DNA from: Dehalococcoidia bacterium
Lineage (GTDB): Bacteria > Chloroflexota > Dehalococcoidia > Bin125
NCBI GenBank assembly: GCA_963555985.3
Contig: OY820591.1
Coordinates: 2,432,001-2,496,000, forward strand
Direction of reading: 5' to 3'
Length of the DNA stretch: 64,000 nt
Part shown: in pieces, positions 28,762 through 37,566 of the stretch
How the letters are laid out: each line of letters starts with the position of its first letter
How positions within the stretch are numbered: position 1 is the stretch's first letter
Program-made: the position numbers and the translations under genes
Notes under the pieces: model-generated
The model's input: only the letters and a program-made list of their open reading frames with translations
Databases searched by the model: none
Told to the model about the DNA's origin: nothing

Positions 28762-28873
28762 ATTCCAAAAACAGCGGCGGAACTTTGAAAGGCGCGGACA
28801 GCAATTCAATATTCAGGCACTAGATTTGCATTGCTGCTACGCTCATTCAAAGGCGATGGGCGAGCCTTGAAAT
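28762..28873. promoter_or_regulatory. Three evenly spaced quasi-palindromes upstream of the Fic gene
   Basis: ATTC[A/C]A...TTG[A/C]A units starting at 28762, 28804 and 28845 in an AT-richer intergenic region. Confidence 0.5.
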
Positions 28874-28885
28874 CGAGGTGTCGGC

Positions 28886-30046
28886 ATGGAGCGCGAAAAC
28901 AACGGGCGTTTCGACGTCACAACAGTCGGAGATGAGCAGATCCGAGCATTCGTGCCGAGGCGTCTGCCGCCTGAACCGCCTCTTGACCTCAGCCACATGC
29001 AAAGAAAACTGGAACGAGCGAGCATCGCACTTGGTCGATTGGACTCGGAGTCGCGCTTGCTGCCCGACCCAGATTTGTTCGTTTATGCATATGTCCGTCG
29101 AGAAGCGCAGCTCTCTTCGCAAATTGAAGGCACTCAGTCCTCTCTGTCGGATCTGTTCGAGCTTGAGCTCAAGGGGGCAGCAAGCGTCTGGGGCGATGAC
29201 GAAACCGAAGTGTCCAACTACGTCGCCGCGCTCGAACATGGGCTCGACAGAGTTCGCGGTGGATTCCCACTGAGTAATCGTCTGATTCGCGAAATGCACC
29301 GTCTTCTACTGCGCAGTGGTCGCGGGAGCGGGATGCTGCCTGGCGAATTCCGCCGTTCTCAAAACTGGATCGGGGGCACGCGACCTGGCACAGCTCTCTA
29401 TGTTCCGCCTCCCCACACAGAGGTAGAGGACTGCATGGCCGAGCTTGAACAGTTCATTCACGTAGAAGAAGACGGCATCTCCGCCTTGGTTCGAGCGGGA
29501 TTAGCGCACGCCCAGTTTGAGTCCATTCACCCATTTCTGGATGGAAATGGGCGCGTTGGGCGTCTATTGATCGCGTTCGTTCTGCACAATGAAGGAGTGT
29601 TGCGGCAACCACTGCTCTATCTCAGCCTCTATCTGAAGCGACACCGCACCCGCTACTACGACCTGTTGTCGCAATTGCGAGAGAAGGGGAACTGGGAAGA
29701 ATGGCTGGAATTCTTCGTCGTCGGAGTTCGAGAAACTGCTGACGACGGCGTGCGGACTGCCCGGCGGTTGTCCGATCTGTTCGATACCGACCGGAAACGC
29801 ATCGAGCTGGGTGGACGGCGTGCCAGTTCAGCGCTGCGAGCGCACGATGTCCTCAAACGCAACCCTGTCATCTCGATTCAATACGTTCATGAGCGGACAG
29901 GCTTGTCTTGGCCAACGGCAGCCTCTGCGATTGAGCACCTGGCGGAATTGGGCATAGCTCGGGAAATCACAGGGAGAAGCTACGCTCGCCTCTTCGCCTA
30001 CGGCGCTTACATCGACATACTCAGCGAAGGCGCGGAGCCACTGTAG
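28886..30046 (+). CDS. Fic-family protein (Fic_N + Fic + probable C-terminal HTH)
   Basis: EAQLSSQIEGT, HPFLDGNGRVGR, C-terminal GLSWPTA..AI..L..LGI.REITG. Confidence 0.93.
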   Translation: MERENNGRFDVTTVGDEQIRAFVPRRLPPEPPLDLSHMQRKLERASIALGRLDSESRLLPDPDLFVYAYVRREAQLSSQIEGTQSSLSDLFELELKGAASVWGDDETEVSNYVAALEHGLDRVRGGFPLSNRLIREMHRLLLRSGRGSGMLPGEFRRSQNWIGGTRPGTALYVPPPHTEVEDCMAELEQFIHVEEDGISALVRAGLAHAQFESIHPFLDGNGRVGRLLIAFVLHNEGVLRQPLLYLSLYLKRHRTRYYDLLSQLREKGNWEEWLEFFVVGVRETADDGVRTARRLSDLFDTDRKRIELGGRRASSALRAHDVLKRNPVISIQYVHERTGLSWPTAASAIEHLAELGIAREITGRSYARLFAYGAYIDILSEGAEPL

Positions 30047-30093
30047 CGAGACCGGAAGTACCCTCACACCCGTGCACCAGAACAGGAGGCCAC

Positions 30094-30861
30094 ATGGGCG
30101 AGACCGTGACCTATGAGCGCAGCGGGCGGATTGGGACGATCACGTATAACCGGCCGGAGGCGCTGAACGCGATCAATCACGAGCTTCGCGGCGATCTCAA
30201 CGCGGCCTGGGAGCAGTTCCGTGAGGATGACGAGGCTTGGGTCGGGATTGTGACGGGGGCCGGGCGCGCATTTTCGGCGGGGGCTGACCTGCGGTCTCCG
30301 GCTCCGCCGGAAGAGCACTCGTTCTGGGAGGTACCGTCGCTAACGTCGCTGGAGTCGGGGATGGAGATCTGGAAGCCCACGATTGCGGCGGTGAACGGGT
30401 ATGCGCTGGGCTTTGGACTGACGATGGTGGCGGCCTGCGACTTCGTGATCGCATCGGAGCGGGCGCAGTTCGGCTTCCCTGAAGTGCAGATCGGAGTGCC
30501 CACGATTCAGGGCGCGATCCGGATGCCGAAACGGATCGGCTGGCACTATGCGATGGAGTTGCTGTTGATTGGGGATCGGGTGGACGCCTGGCGAGCGAAG
30601 GAGATGGGGTTGGTCTGGGAGATCGTGCCGCATGACGACCTGATGCCGGCGGCGCGGGCGTTGGCGGAGCGCTTGTGCAAGGGCGCTCCGCTCGCAGTTC
30701 GGGCGACCAAGGAGGTGGCGCACCGAGGACAGGAGTTGCCGTTCGTGCAGGCGATTCGGTTTGGCGAGACGATGCGCCGAGTGGCGCGTGGCACGGCCGA
30801 TGCGCAAGAGGGCCCGTCCGCGTTTCGAGAGAAGCGTCGTCCGAGCTGGGAAGCACGCTGA
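30094..30861 (+). CDS. Enoyl-CoA hydratase/isomerase family protein
   Basis: NRPEALNAI, GRAFSAGADL, KPTIAAVNGYALG, FGFPE. Confidence 0.92.
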   Translation: MGETVTYERSGRIGTITYNRPEALNAINHELRGDLNAAWEQFREDDEAWVGIVTGAGRAFSAGADLRSPAPPEEHSFWEVPSLTSLESGMEIWKPTIAAVNGYALGFGLTMVAACDFVIASERAQFGFPEVQIGVPTIQGAIRMPKRIGWHYAMELLLIGDRVDAWRAKEMGLVWEIVPHDDLMPAARALAERLCKGAPLAVRATKEVAHRGQELPFVQAIRFGETMRRVARGTADAQEGPSAFREKRRPSWEAR

Positions 30862-32102
30862 TGCCGTCGGAGCGACGTTTCTATCGGGCTGCGAGAGTCG
30901 CCAACGGATCGCTGGACGGTTGGCTGCCGAACCATGCGGTAGGCGTCGACAACGGCAAGATCATCGACATCGTTCCCGCCACCGACGCGCCGCGGGAAGA
31001 GATCATCGATCTGGGCGATGTGTCGCTGCTGCCCGGGCTGGTGGAGGGACACACGCACATTCCCTGTCCGCCTCGGGTGGACGCCTTCGACATCATCTCT
31101 CAGGAGCCGAATGAACCGGCGTTGATGCGGGCGGCGCACGCGGTGGGCTTGGCGCTGCGCAGCGGCGTGACGACGATGCGTGATCTCGGCTCCAAGAACG
31201 AGGTCGTCTTCGCCGTCCGCGACGCGATTGCGTCCGGGGTGATTCCGGGCCCGCGTCTGCTCGCGTCGGGCGCGCCGATCACGCGGACGATGGATCACTG
31301 CTGGTTTTGGGGCGGCGAGGCGGACACGCCGGAGTCGGTTCGGGCGATGGCGCAGACTCACGTCGATCAAGGAGCGGATGTGCTCAAGGTGATGGCGTCG
31401 GGCGGGAACTTCACGCCGACCTCGAATCCTCGCGATCGGCAGTATCCACCAGAGACGATCCGGGAGATCGTGAAGGCGGGACGTTCCGGCGGGATTGAGG
31501 TTGCGGCGCATACTCATGCGGCGGCGGGTATTCGCGCTGCGGTGGAGGGCGGGGTACGACATCTGATTCACTGCCGCTGGCTGTCGGAGGATCCGACCGA
31601 AGGCTTCAACTACGACCCCGAGTTCGCGCAGCGGATCGCGGACGAGGGCATCTGGGTGAATCCGACGATTGGCCTGGGATTGCTCGCCAGCGAAGCGCGC
31701 GAGCGCGGGGATGCCGCGCCGCGTCGGAATCCGAACCTGCGCGGTCCCTCGCCGCGTGAGCAGGGCTTGGCAATCGTGCGGGATATGCGCGATCGAGGGG
31801 TGCGGTTCACATCGGGGCTGGATATGGGCATGGCCTACGCCGACTTTAATCGCGCGACCGCTGAGGCATGGGCGTTCGTGCAAGACATCGGGCTGAGTGA
31901 GTGGCACGCGATTCGGCTGATGACCTGCGATACAGCTGAGGCGATTGGCGTTGGCGGAGAGGTTGGTCGGTTGGCGAGGGGATATGGCGCGGATTTGGTC
32001 GCGTTTGCGGGGGATCCGGCGGCGGATATTCGCGCGCTTGGGGGGGCGGTGTTTGTGATGCAAGGTGGCGCGGTTGTCGTTGGGGCGGATTGGGACGGGT
32101 AG
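30861..32102 (+). CDS. Amidohydrolase family protein (prolidase/imidazolonepropionase-like)
   Basis: LLPGLVEGHTH, GVTTMRDLG, LKVMASGG, VAAHTH, GYGADLV; TGATG overlap with the hydratase. Confidence 0.9.
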   Translation: MPSERRFYRAARVANGSLDGWLPNHAVGVDNGKIIDIVPATDAPREEIIDLGDVSLLPGLVEGHTHIPCPPRVDAFDIISQEPNEPALMRAAHAVGLALRSGVTTMRDLGSKNEVVFAVRDAIASGVIPGPRLLASGAPITRTMDHCWFWGGEADTPESVRAMAQTHVDQGADVLKVMASGGNFTPTSNPRDRQYPPETIREIVKAGRSGGIEVAAHTHAAAGIRAAVEGGVRHLIHCRWLSEDPTEGFNYDPEFAQRIADEGIWVNPTIGLGLLASEARERGDAAPRRNPNLRGPSPREQGLAIVRDMRDRGVRFTSGLDMGMAYADFNRATAEAWAFVQDIGLSEWHAIRLMTCDTAEAIGVGGEVGRLARGYGADLVAFAGDPAADIRALGGAVFVMQGGAVVVGADWDG

Positions 32103-32107
32103 CCAGA

Positions 32108-32155
32108 CCCCCCTCTGTCGCTGCGCGACATCTCCCCCGCGGTGCGGGGGGAGAG
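32108..32155. repeat. REP-like palindrome, family B
   Basis: CCCCCCTCTGTCGCTGCGCGACATCTCCCCCGCGGTGCGGGGGGAGAG, between convergent genes. Confidence 0.7.
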
Positions 32156-32162
32156 TTTTGCG

Positions 32163-33671
32163 CTACGGCAGTTTGAGCACGATCTCCCGACCTTGCCGTG
32201 CCTCCAGATCGAGCTGCACGATCCGGTGGTTGTTCGTGTCAGCCACGAGCAGAGAGCGGCCGGGGCCGTTGGTCAGGCCACCTGGTTCGTCAAGCTGGAC
32301 TTCGTTGAAGTTGCCCAGTGCGGATCCGTGGCTACCTACGAGAGTTGTGACATTCTCGGTGAGCGGGAAGACCTGCTTGATCTTGTGGTTGAAGGTGTCG
32401 GCGACGTAGAGCTCGTCTCCGACTCGGGCTACGTCCAGGGGGTGTTGGAGACGGGCGACGGAGCGGCCGCCGTCGGCGTCCCCGAAGTGGAAGAGACCGC
32501 CTTGGCCGGTCTTGCCGATGAAGGTCTGGACTCGGCCATCGGGATCCCAGGTCACTTCTCGTACTCCGCTTGACTCGGAGTCGGCGAAGGCGAGGCCGGA
32601 CGGTCCGGGGGCGAGGCCGGAGACTTGCGCGAGTTCGGCGCGCATTCTTGGTCCGTCTTCGATTCCCTCGCGGCCGGAGCCTCCCCAAGGTCCCACGAAT
32701 GAGCCTTCGCCGCGCTGTCCGTTGAGCGGCATTCGCCAGATCTGGTGAACGCCGGCCATCGCGATGAAGAGATCGTCGTTGTAGACGGCGACGTCCCAGG
32801 GCGAGCTGAGGGCGGTGGCGGTGGCGGGGCGGCCTGAGGGCATCTGTCGGGCTTGTTCGCCGATGCCGGCGATCGTGTTCACGTCGCCAGAGGGGAGATC
32901 GATCCGCCGGATTGCGTGGTTCTCGTTGTCGGCGACGTAGATGGCGTCGCCGTTGATGGCGACGCCCTGGGGTTGGTTGAATTTGGCTTCGGCTGCGGAA
33001 CCGTCCGAGAAACCGGCCTCCGAACCGCCGACGACCAGTGAAACGTTGCCGTCGATATCGGCGACCAGCACGCGGTCGTTGTTGGAGTCGGAGACGACCA
33101 AGCGGCCGGTGGCGTCGTCCCAGGCGACTTTGCCCGGGAATGAGAGGGCGCTTTCGCGTCCGGTCTCACGGACCAGGCCGAGGTTGCGGCGAGTGAGCAG
33201 CGATTCCTGGTCGTATTCACCGAGCCAGCCGTCGAGCAGCGGCGCGACCATTTCTTCGGTCAGTTCGCCCTCGTGCAGGCCGATCACGTTGCCGCGCGGG
33301 TCGATGAAGAAGAGTGTGGGCCAGGCGCGCGCGCCGAAGGTCTGCCAGTAGGCGAAGTCGGCGTCGTTGAGTACGGGATGCTCAATCCGCAGGCGCAGCA
33401 CGGCCTGGCGCAGGTTCTCGGTCTCGCGCTCGGTGGGGAACTTGGGCGAGTGGACGGAGACCACCTGGACGGTCTCGGCGTAGCGGCGCTCGATCTTCCG
33501 CAACTGCGGAAGCACGTGGAGGCAGTTGATTCAAGCGTAGGTCCAGAAGTGCAGAATCAGCAGGCGTCCGCGGAAGTCGCCGAGCGACAGTTCCCGGCCC
33601 GAGTTCAGCCAAGTCATTCCACTGGGAACGTCGGGGGCGGGGGTCTTGCCGAAGGCTCGTGAAGTCGTCAT
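32163..33671 (-). CDS. Thioredoxin-like + NHL-repeat protein (NHLRC2-like), predicted selenoprotein (Sec47, UxxC)
   Basis: From ATG 33671: ...WLNSGRELSLGDFRGRLLILHFWTYA-[TGA 33533-33531]-INCLHVLPQL..., in frame with the 450-aa ORF (VHSPKF, AWPT, NHL repeats FNQPQG, LSSPWD, LQHPLD, LDEPGG). 503 codons before the stop. Confidence 0.85.
33495..33512 (-). promoter_or_regulatory. Candidate bacterial SECIS hairpin
   Basis: CUUCCGC-AGUU-GCGGAAG, a 7-bp stem with G in the apical loop, starting 18 nt after the UGA. Confidence 0.7.
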
Positions 33672-33725
33672 CGAGCGATCCGATCTGTAGGCGCAGCAGC
33701 GTTGCCGCGCAATCAGGGTAGTGGC

Positions 33726-35204
33726 TCAGTCGGGCTCAGCTTCGCTGCTGACGGAGCCCGGCCTCGTGTGCGTCAGTTTCAGGATTGGGCCGTTGAATGT
33801 GAGGATGTGAACTTCGCCCTCTGGGCCGTGGGCGAAACTCACGATCCGGGCGTCCAGATGGAGCACCTCCGTCATTGACCAGCCCGTCGCAGCGTCGGGA
33901 TCTTCCCACAAACCCCAGACTCGCCCGGAGCAGTAATCGGCGAAGAAGTACGGTGCAACTGCGCTCAGAATCGAGTCCCCGCCCGCCGCAGAGGTACGAT
34001 CCTTGCCTCGATAGACGACCCCGCCGGTGACCGAGCAGCCCTCGTCGTGGTTGTAGACCGCGACCGGCGGCACAGCCTCGAGTGCGTCGCAGCGATCCTG
34101 GCTGGCGAAGCAGCGGTCGCCCTCGAACACGCGCCAGCCCTGATTCGAGCCGGCTCCGACGATCGCGATCTCCTCGACCGCGTTCTGACCTACGTCGCCT
34201 ACCCAAAGCCGGCCGGTAGCGAGGTCGAACGACATTCGCCAGGGGTTGCGCAGGCCGTAGGCGTAGATCTCGGGCAAGACGCCCTCAACACCGACAAACG
34301 GGTTGTCAAGCGGGATGCGGTAGGGCTCTGCCGTGTCACTCCGGCTGACATCGAGGCGGATGATCGTGCCCAGCAGCGTTTCGGTGTTCTGTCCGTGTCC
34401 GTGAGGGTCATTCGCCGCGCCGCCGTCGCCGATGCCGAGATAGAGCATTCCGTCCGGCCCGAAGCGCACAGCGCCGCCGTTGTGGTTGGGGTACGGCTGA
34501 CCGATCTCAATGATCACCAGTTCCGATGCAGGTATCGCCGCGCCTTGCATGATCAAGAATCGCGACAGCCGTGAGCGTCCACCCTCACGCGGTGAGTAGT
34601 AGACGTAGAGATAGGGATCGGATTCGAACTGTGGATCGAGCGCAAAGCTCAGCAATCCCTCTTCCCCACCGAAGCGAACCGCATCGGTCAGATCGAGGAC
34701 GCCAAACTGTTCGACTCCATCCTCGGTCTCGACGAACCGTGTGATCGAACCGCGTTGCTCGGCGATCAGGAGCGAGCCGTCAGGCAGCGCGGCCAACTCT
34801 ATGGGTTGCTGGAATTGGTACTCGTCCAGGATCGGTTCCAGATCGAACGTGAACAGAAAGAGCGGAAACTCGCCCGGCGCAACGAACACACGGCCACTAC
34901 CGTCCGTGCTGATCTGCACCGTGGTGCGAATCTCTCCGCCCGATTGCTGCTCGTTCTCCGCCAGCCGTGATTGCTGCAAAGCCTGCTCGAACGCACCCTG
35001 CTGATCTTGATCAGCGGCCTCCTCGTCCCGACTCGCTCGAACTTCCTCCGAAGCCGGCTGCGCTGGCTGCGGCTGCTCCGATTGCGCCTGGGCTGCCACA
35101 GGAGCGGCTTGCTCTCTGCCGCTGGGCGTCTCCTCGCCGGAACAGGCTGCAAACAGCAAGAGGACGAGCGCGAACACAGCGCAGCTACGGATCGAACGGC
35201 TCAT
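33726..35204 (-). CDS. PQQ-dependent sugar dehydrogenase (GSDH/soluble glucose-sorbosone DH family), lipoprotein
   Basis: Lipobox FAAC; GEEGLL, NHNGG, FGPDGMLYLGIGDGG, YGLRNPWR, GDVGQ. Confidence 0.9.
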   Translation of the reverse strand: MSRSIRSCAVFALVLLLFAACSGEETPSGREQAAPVAAQAQSEQPQPAQPASEEVRASRDEEAADQDQQGAFEQALQQSRLAENEQQSGGEIRTTVQISTDGSGRVFVAPGEFPLFLFTFDLEPILDEYQFQQPIELAALPDGSLLIAEQRGSITRFVETEDGVEQFGVLDLTDAVRFGGEEGLLSFALDPQFESDPYLYVYYSPREGGRSRLSRFLIMQGAAIPASELVIIEIGQPYPNHNGGAVRFGPDGMLYLGIGDGGAANDPHGHGQNTETLLGTIIRLDVSRSDTAEPYRIPLDNPFVGVEGVLPEIYAYGLRNPWRMSFDLATGRLWVGDVGQNAVEEIAIVGAGSNQGWRVFEGDRCFASQDRCDALEAVPPVAVYNHDEGCSVTGGVVYRGKDRTSAAGGDSILSAVAPYFFADYCSGRVWGLWEDPDAATGWSMTEVLHLDARIVSFAHGPEGEVHILTFNGPILKLTHTRPGSVSSEAEPD

Positions 35205-35607
35205 AGCGCAGGAGGGTGGTCTCGGTACCGGGCAGGTCGTCGAAGATTGGGCGGACTCTCATGCCAACCGTGATCGCGTCTTCTTCTACGTTGACCAGAG
35301 TTGAGGTCAGCCGGGGACCCTCGTCCAGTTCGACCACGGCGATGATCTGGGGTTCGTCGCCGGCGAAGTCGGGGGCGGTGGGACGGCGCGCGATCGTGTA
35401 GGTGTAGAGCGTGCCTTCCCCGGAGATTTCGCGCCACTCCAGGTCGTCTTCGAGAGTCAGCGGCGCGTGCGAGCGGGGATAGAAGACCCACTGATCGCTG
35501 GAGGGGGAGTACTGGATTTTGACCTTGCGCTCGCGCAGGCCGTCCCAGAAGGGTTGAGTGCGCGGGATCGGCGTGGGCAGCGGGCGATCGACCTGCGGGT
35601 CGGGCAT
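35185..35607 (-). CDS. DUF35/ChsH2-like OB-fold protein (thiolase partner)
   Basis: PFWDGL, FYPR, SGEGTLYTYT, VELDEGPRL, VGMRV; the usual zinc-ribbon Cys residues are absent. Confidence 0.85.
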   Translation of the reverse strand: MPDPQVDRPLPTPIPRTQPFWDGLRERKVKIQYSPSSDQWVFYPRSHAPLTLEDDLEWREISGEGTLYTYTIARRPTAPDFAGDEPQIIAVVELDEGPRLTSTLVNVEEDAITVGMRVRPIFDDLPGTETTLLRYEPFDP

Positions 35608-36806
35608 TAGTCGCCCTCCAGGATTAAGGCGACCTGCTCCGACATCAGACCGCCGTTGCCGGTGATGAAGGCGACATCGGCGTCGGGTACCTGGTGATCT
35701 TCTCCACGCCGCATTACCTGCCGCGCGCCCTCGGTGATGTGCGACATCCCGCCCGCGAGTCCGGCTTGTCCGAAGCCAAGCTGCCCGCCGTGCGTATTGC
35801 AGGGAAAGTCGCCTCGGAACGAGAGGTCGTGCTCACGCACGAACGGCTGACCCTCGCCACGCGGACAGAAGCCCGCGTCCTCGATCGTCATCAGAACGGT
35901 GATCGTGTAGCAGTCGTAGACCGAGATCAGGTCCACCTCGTCGCGCGAGCGTCCGGCCATGCTGAAGGCTTGCTCGGCAGCCGGGATCAGGGCGGTAGAG
36001 AGCAGGTCCTCGGCGTAGGTCGGAGTCTTGTGCAGGACGCGCTCGCCGAAGCCGGTGATCCAGGCGGGGCGATGGTTCGACTGCTGCGCGAACTCCTTGC
36101 CCGCGACCACGATTGCCGCACCGCCGACGCAGGGCATCACGATCTCGAGCATGTGGATGGGATCGGAGATCATCGGCGAGTTGAGCACATCTTCGACCGT
36201 GATCGGCACGTGGTGGAAGACGGCGGCGGGATTGTGGTTGGCGGAGACGCGCTGGTCGACGGCGATCTTGGCGAGCGCTTCGGCGTCGTAGCCGTACTCC
36301 GCGCCGTACTTCATCGCGATCTGGGCGTAGCCGCAGTTCTGGGCGACGTTGCCGTAGGGGATGTCGAATTCGGCCTGGGGCGATCCGTAGTTGGCGGAGG
36401 ACGCGCCGTAGCGCCAACTGCTCGGTCCGCTGGGCGGAAGCGGAGGCCGGGGCGAGGGCCAGGAGGGCGCGCCAATCACAACGACATTGCACAACCCCAG
36501 TTCAATCGCCGCCGCCGCGCGCCAGACCATCGCCGCGCAGGAGGCGCCACCCAGGTCGACGACCTCAGCGAAGTTGACCTGCATCCCCAAGTACTCGGCG
36601 ATGGTCGAGGGCACGAACGAGTCCGACTCGCGGATGTTGGTGCAGCAGATGCCGTCTACGTCGCGGGGGTCGATGCCGGCGTCGTCGAGGGCTTCACGGG
36701 TGAGTTGGGCCCACTGTTCGAGGGTGAAGATGGGCGGGGTCGTTGGCCGGCGTTCGGGTTTCCACTCGGCAATGCCGACGATGGCGGCTTCTCCTCTGAG
36801 TCCCAT
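35607..36806 (-). CDS. Thiolase-like (SCP-x / Ltp2-type) protein
   Basis: AAIVGIAE, DLGGASC, VYDCYTITV, NTHGGQLG. Confidence 0.9.
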   Translation of the reverse strand: MGLRGEAAIVGIAEWKPERRPTTPPIFTLEQWAQLTREALDDAGIDPRDVDGICCTNIRESDSFVPSTIAEYLGMQVNFAEVVDLGGASCAAMVWRAAAAIELGLCNVVVIGAPSWPSPRPPLPPSGPSSWRYGASSANYGSPQAEFDIPYGNVAQNCGYAQIAMKYGAEYGYDAEALAKIAVDQRVSANHNPAAVFHHVPITVEDVLNSPMISDPIHMLEIVMPCVGGAAIVVAGKEFAQQSNHRPAWITGFGERVLHKTPTYAEDLLSTALIPAAEQAFSMAGRSRDEVDLISVYDCYTITVLMTIEDAGFCPRGEGQPFVREHDLSFRGDFPCNTHGGQLGFGQAGLAGGMSHITEGARQVMRRGEDHQVPDADVAFITGNGGLMSEQVALILEGD

Positions 36807-36867
36807 GGGTTGGCTCCTGTTCCGATCACAGGAGCAGTCTAGGTTGATGGTGAGGTTTGCCGGATTG

Positions 36868-37356
36868 TCAGGCCGATCGTGCGAAAGACGCCGCCTCCGG
36901 CGGCGTTGCGACGGCGCAATCCTCCACGACCAAGGAGCGTCCGAGCACGGACAGGGCGCGCTGCACGGTGGTCATGTGGGTGCGGTATCGCGGATCGAGC
37001 AGCCGGCGCACCTTCTCGTCGTCCATATCCAGTTTCTTAGCCAGCATTGCGGGCGACATTCCCTGCTCGCGCATGGCGGTGTAGACCGCCAGCTTGGCGG
37101 CGACGAGCGGCGAGACAGAGATCATGACCTCACCATTCAATGGAGAACTGGGAGTTGGAAGCATTTCGCCGTCTTTGACGTAGAACCCTAGGGCGACACC
37201 CAAGCAATCGCTCGCCATGTCGATCGCCTCAGCCCAAGAGCAACCCCCTGTGATCGCAGGTTCTACATCGCGGAAGGTCACCACATACGCCTCTCGACCC
37301 GTGGCCTGGAATTCTTCGACATCACGTTCGATCAGGCAAGGGTAGGAATAGCGCAT
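36868..37356 (-). CDS. hicB: HicB-family antitoxin
   Basis: YVVTFRDVEPAITGG.SWAEA..MA.DCL, PTPS, C-terminal HTH (LAKKL..DEKVRRLLDP). Confidence 0.85.
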   Translation of the reverse strand: MRYSYPCLIERDVEEFQATGREAYVVTFRDVEPAITGGCSWAEAIDMASDCLGVALGFYVKDGEMLPTPSSPLNGEVMISVSPLVAAKLAVYTAMREQGMSPAMLAKKLDMDDEKVRRLLDPRYRTHMTTVQRALSVLGRSLVVEDCAVATPPEAASFARSA

Positions 37357-37359
37357 GAA

Positions 37360-37566
37360 TCAGAACTCCTCGCGGTTGATCCTCAGCTTCTTCAGGATAC
37401 CGTTCAGCGTGCCAGTGCGAATTTCACCGCTCGGAATCGTGGACGTGTATGGGCCGAGGGTGAACTGCCAGTGGCTGCCTTTACCTCGTTCCGTATCAAC
37501 TTCGTAAGGCAGCCGTTTTCTGCGAGCGTACCTTCTCGCTCGTCTGAGGAATTCTTGGTCGTTCAC
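37360..37566 (-). CDS. hicA: HicA-family mRNA interferase toxin
   Basis: 68 aa from GTG 37566 (GTGA overlap with the upstream stop); RGKGSH motif and EIRTGTLNGILKKL. Confidence 0.85.
   Translation of the reverse strand: MNDQEFLRRARRYARRKRLPYEVDTERGKGSHWQFTLGPYTSTIPSGEIRTGTLNGILKKLRINREEF

Noticed and set aside
36868-37566. hicA ends in TGA in frame with hicB (TGA-TTC-ATG), suggesting Sec readthrough or fusion
   Set aside because: No SECIS-like hairpin follows, the position is not a conserved Cys, and both genes are complete as separate units.
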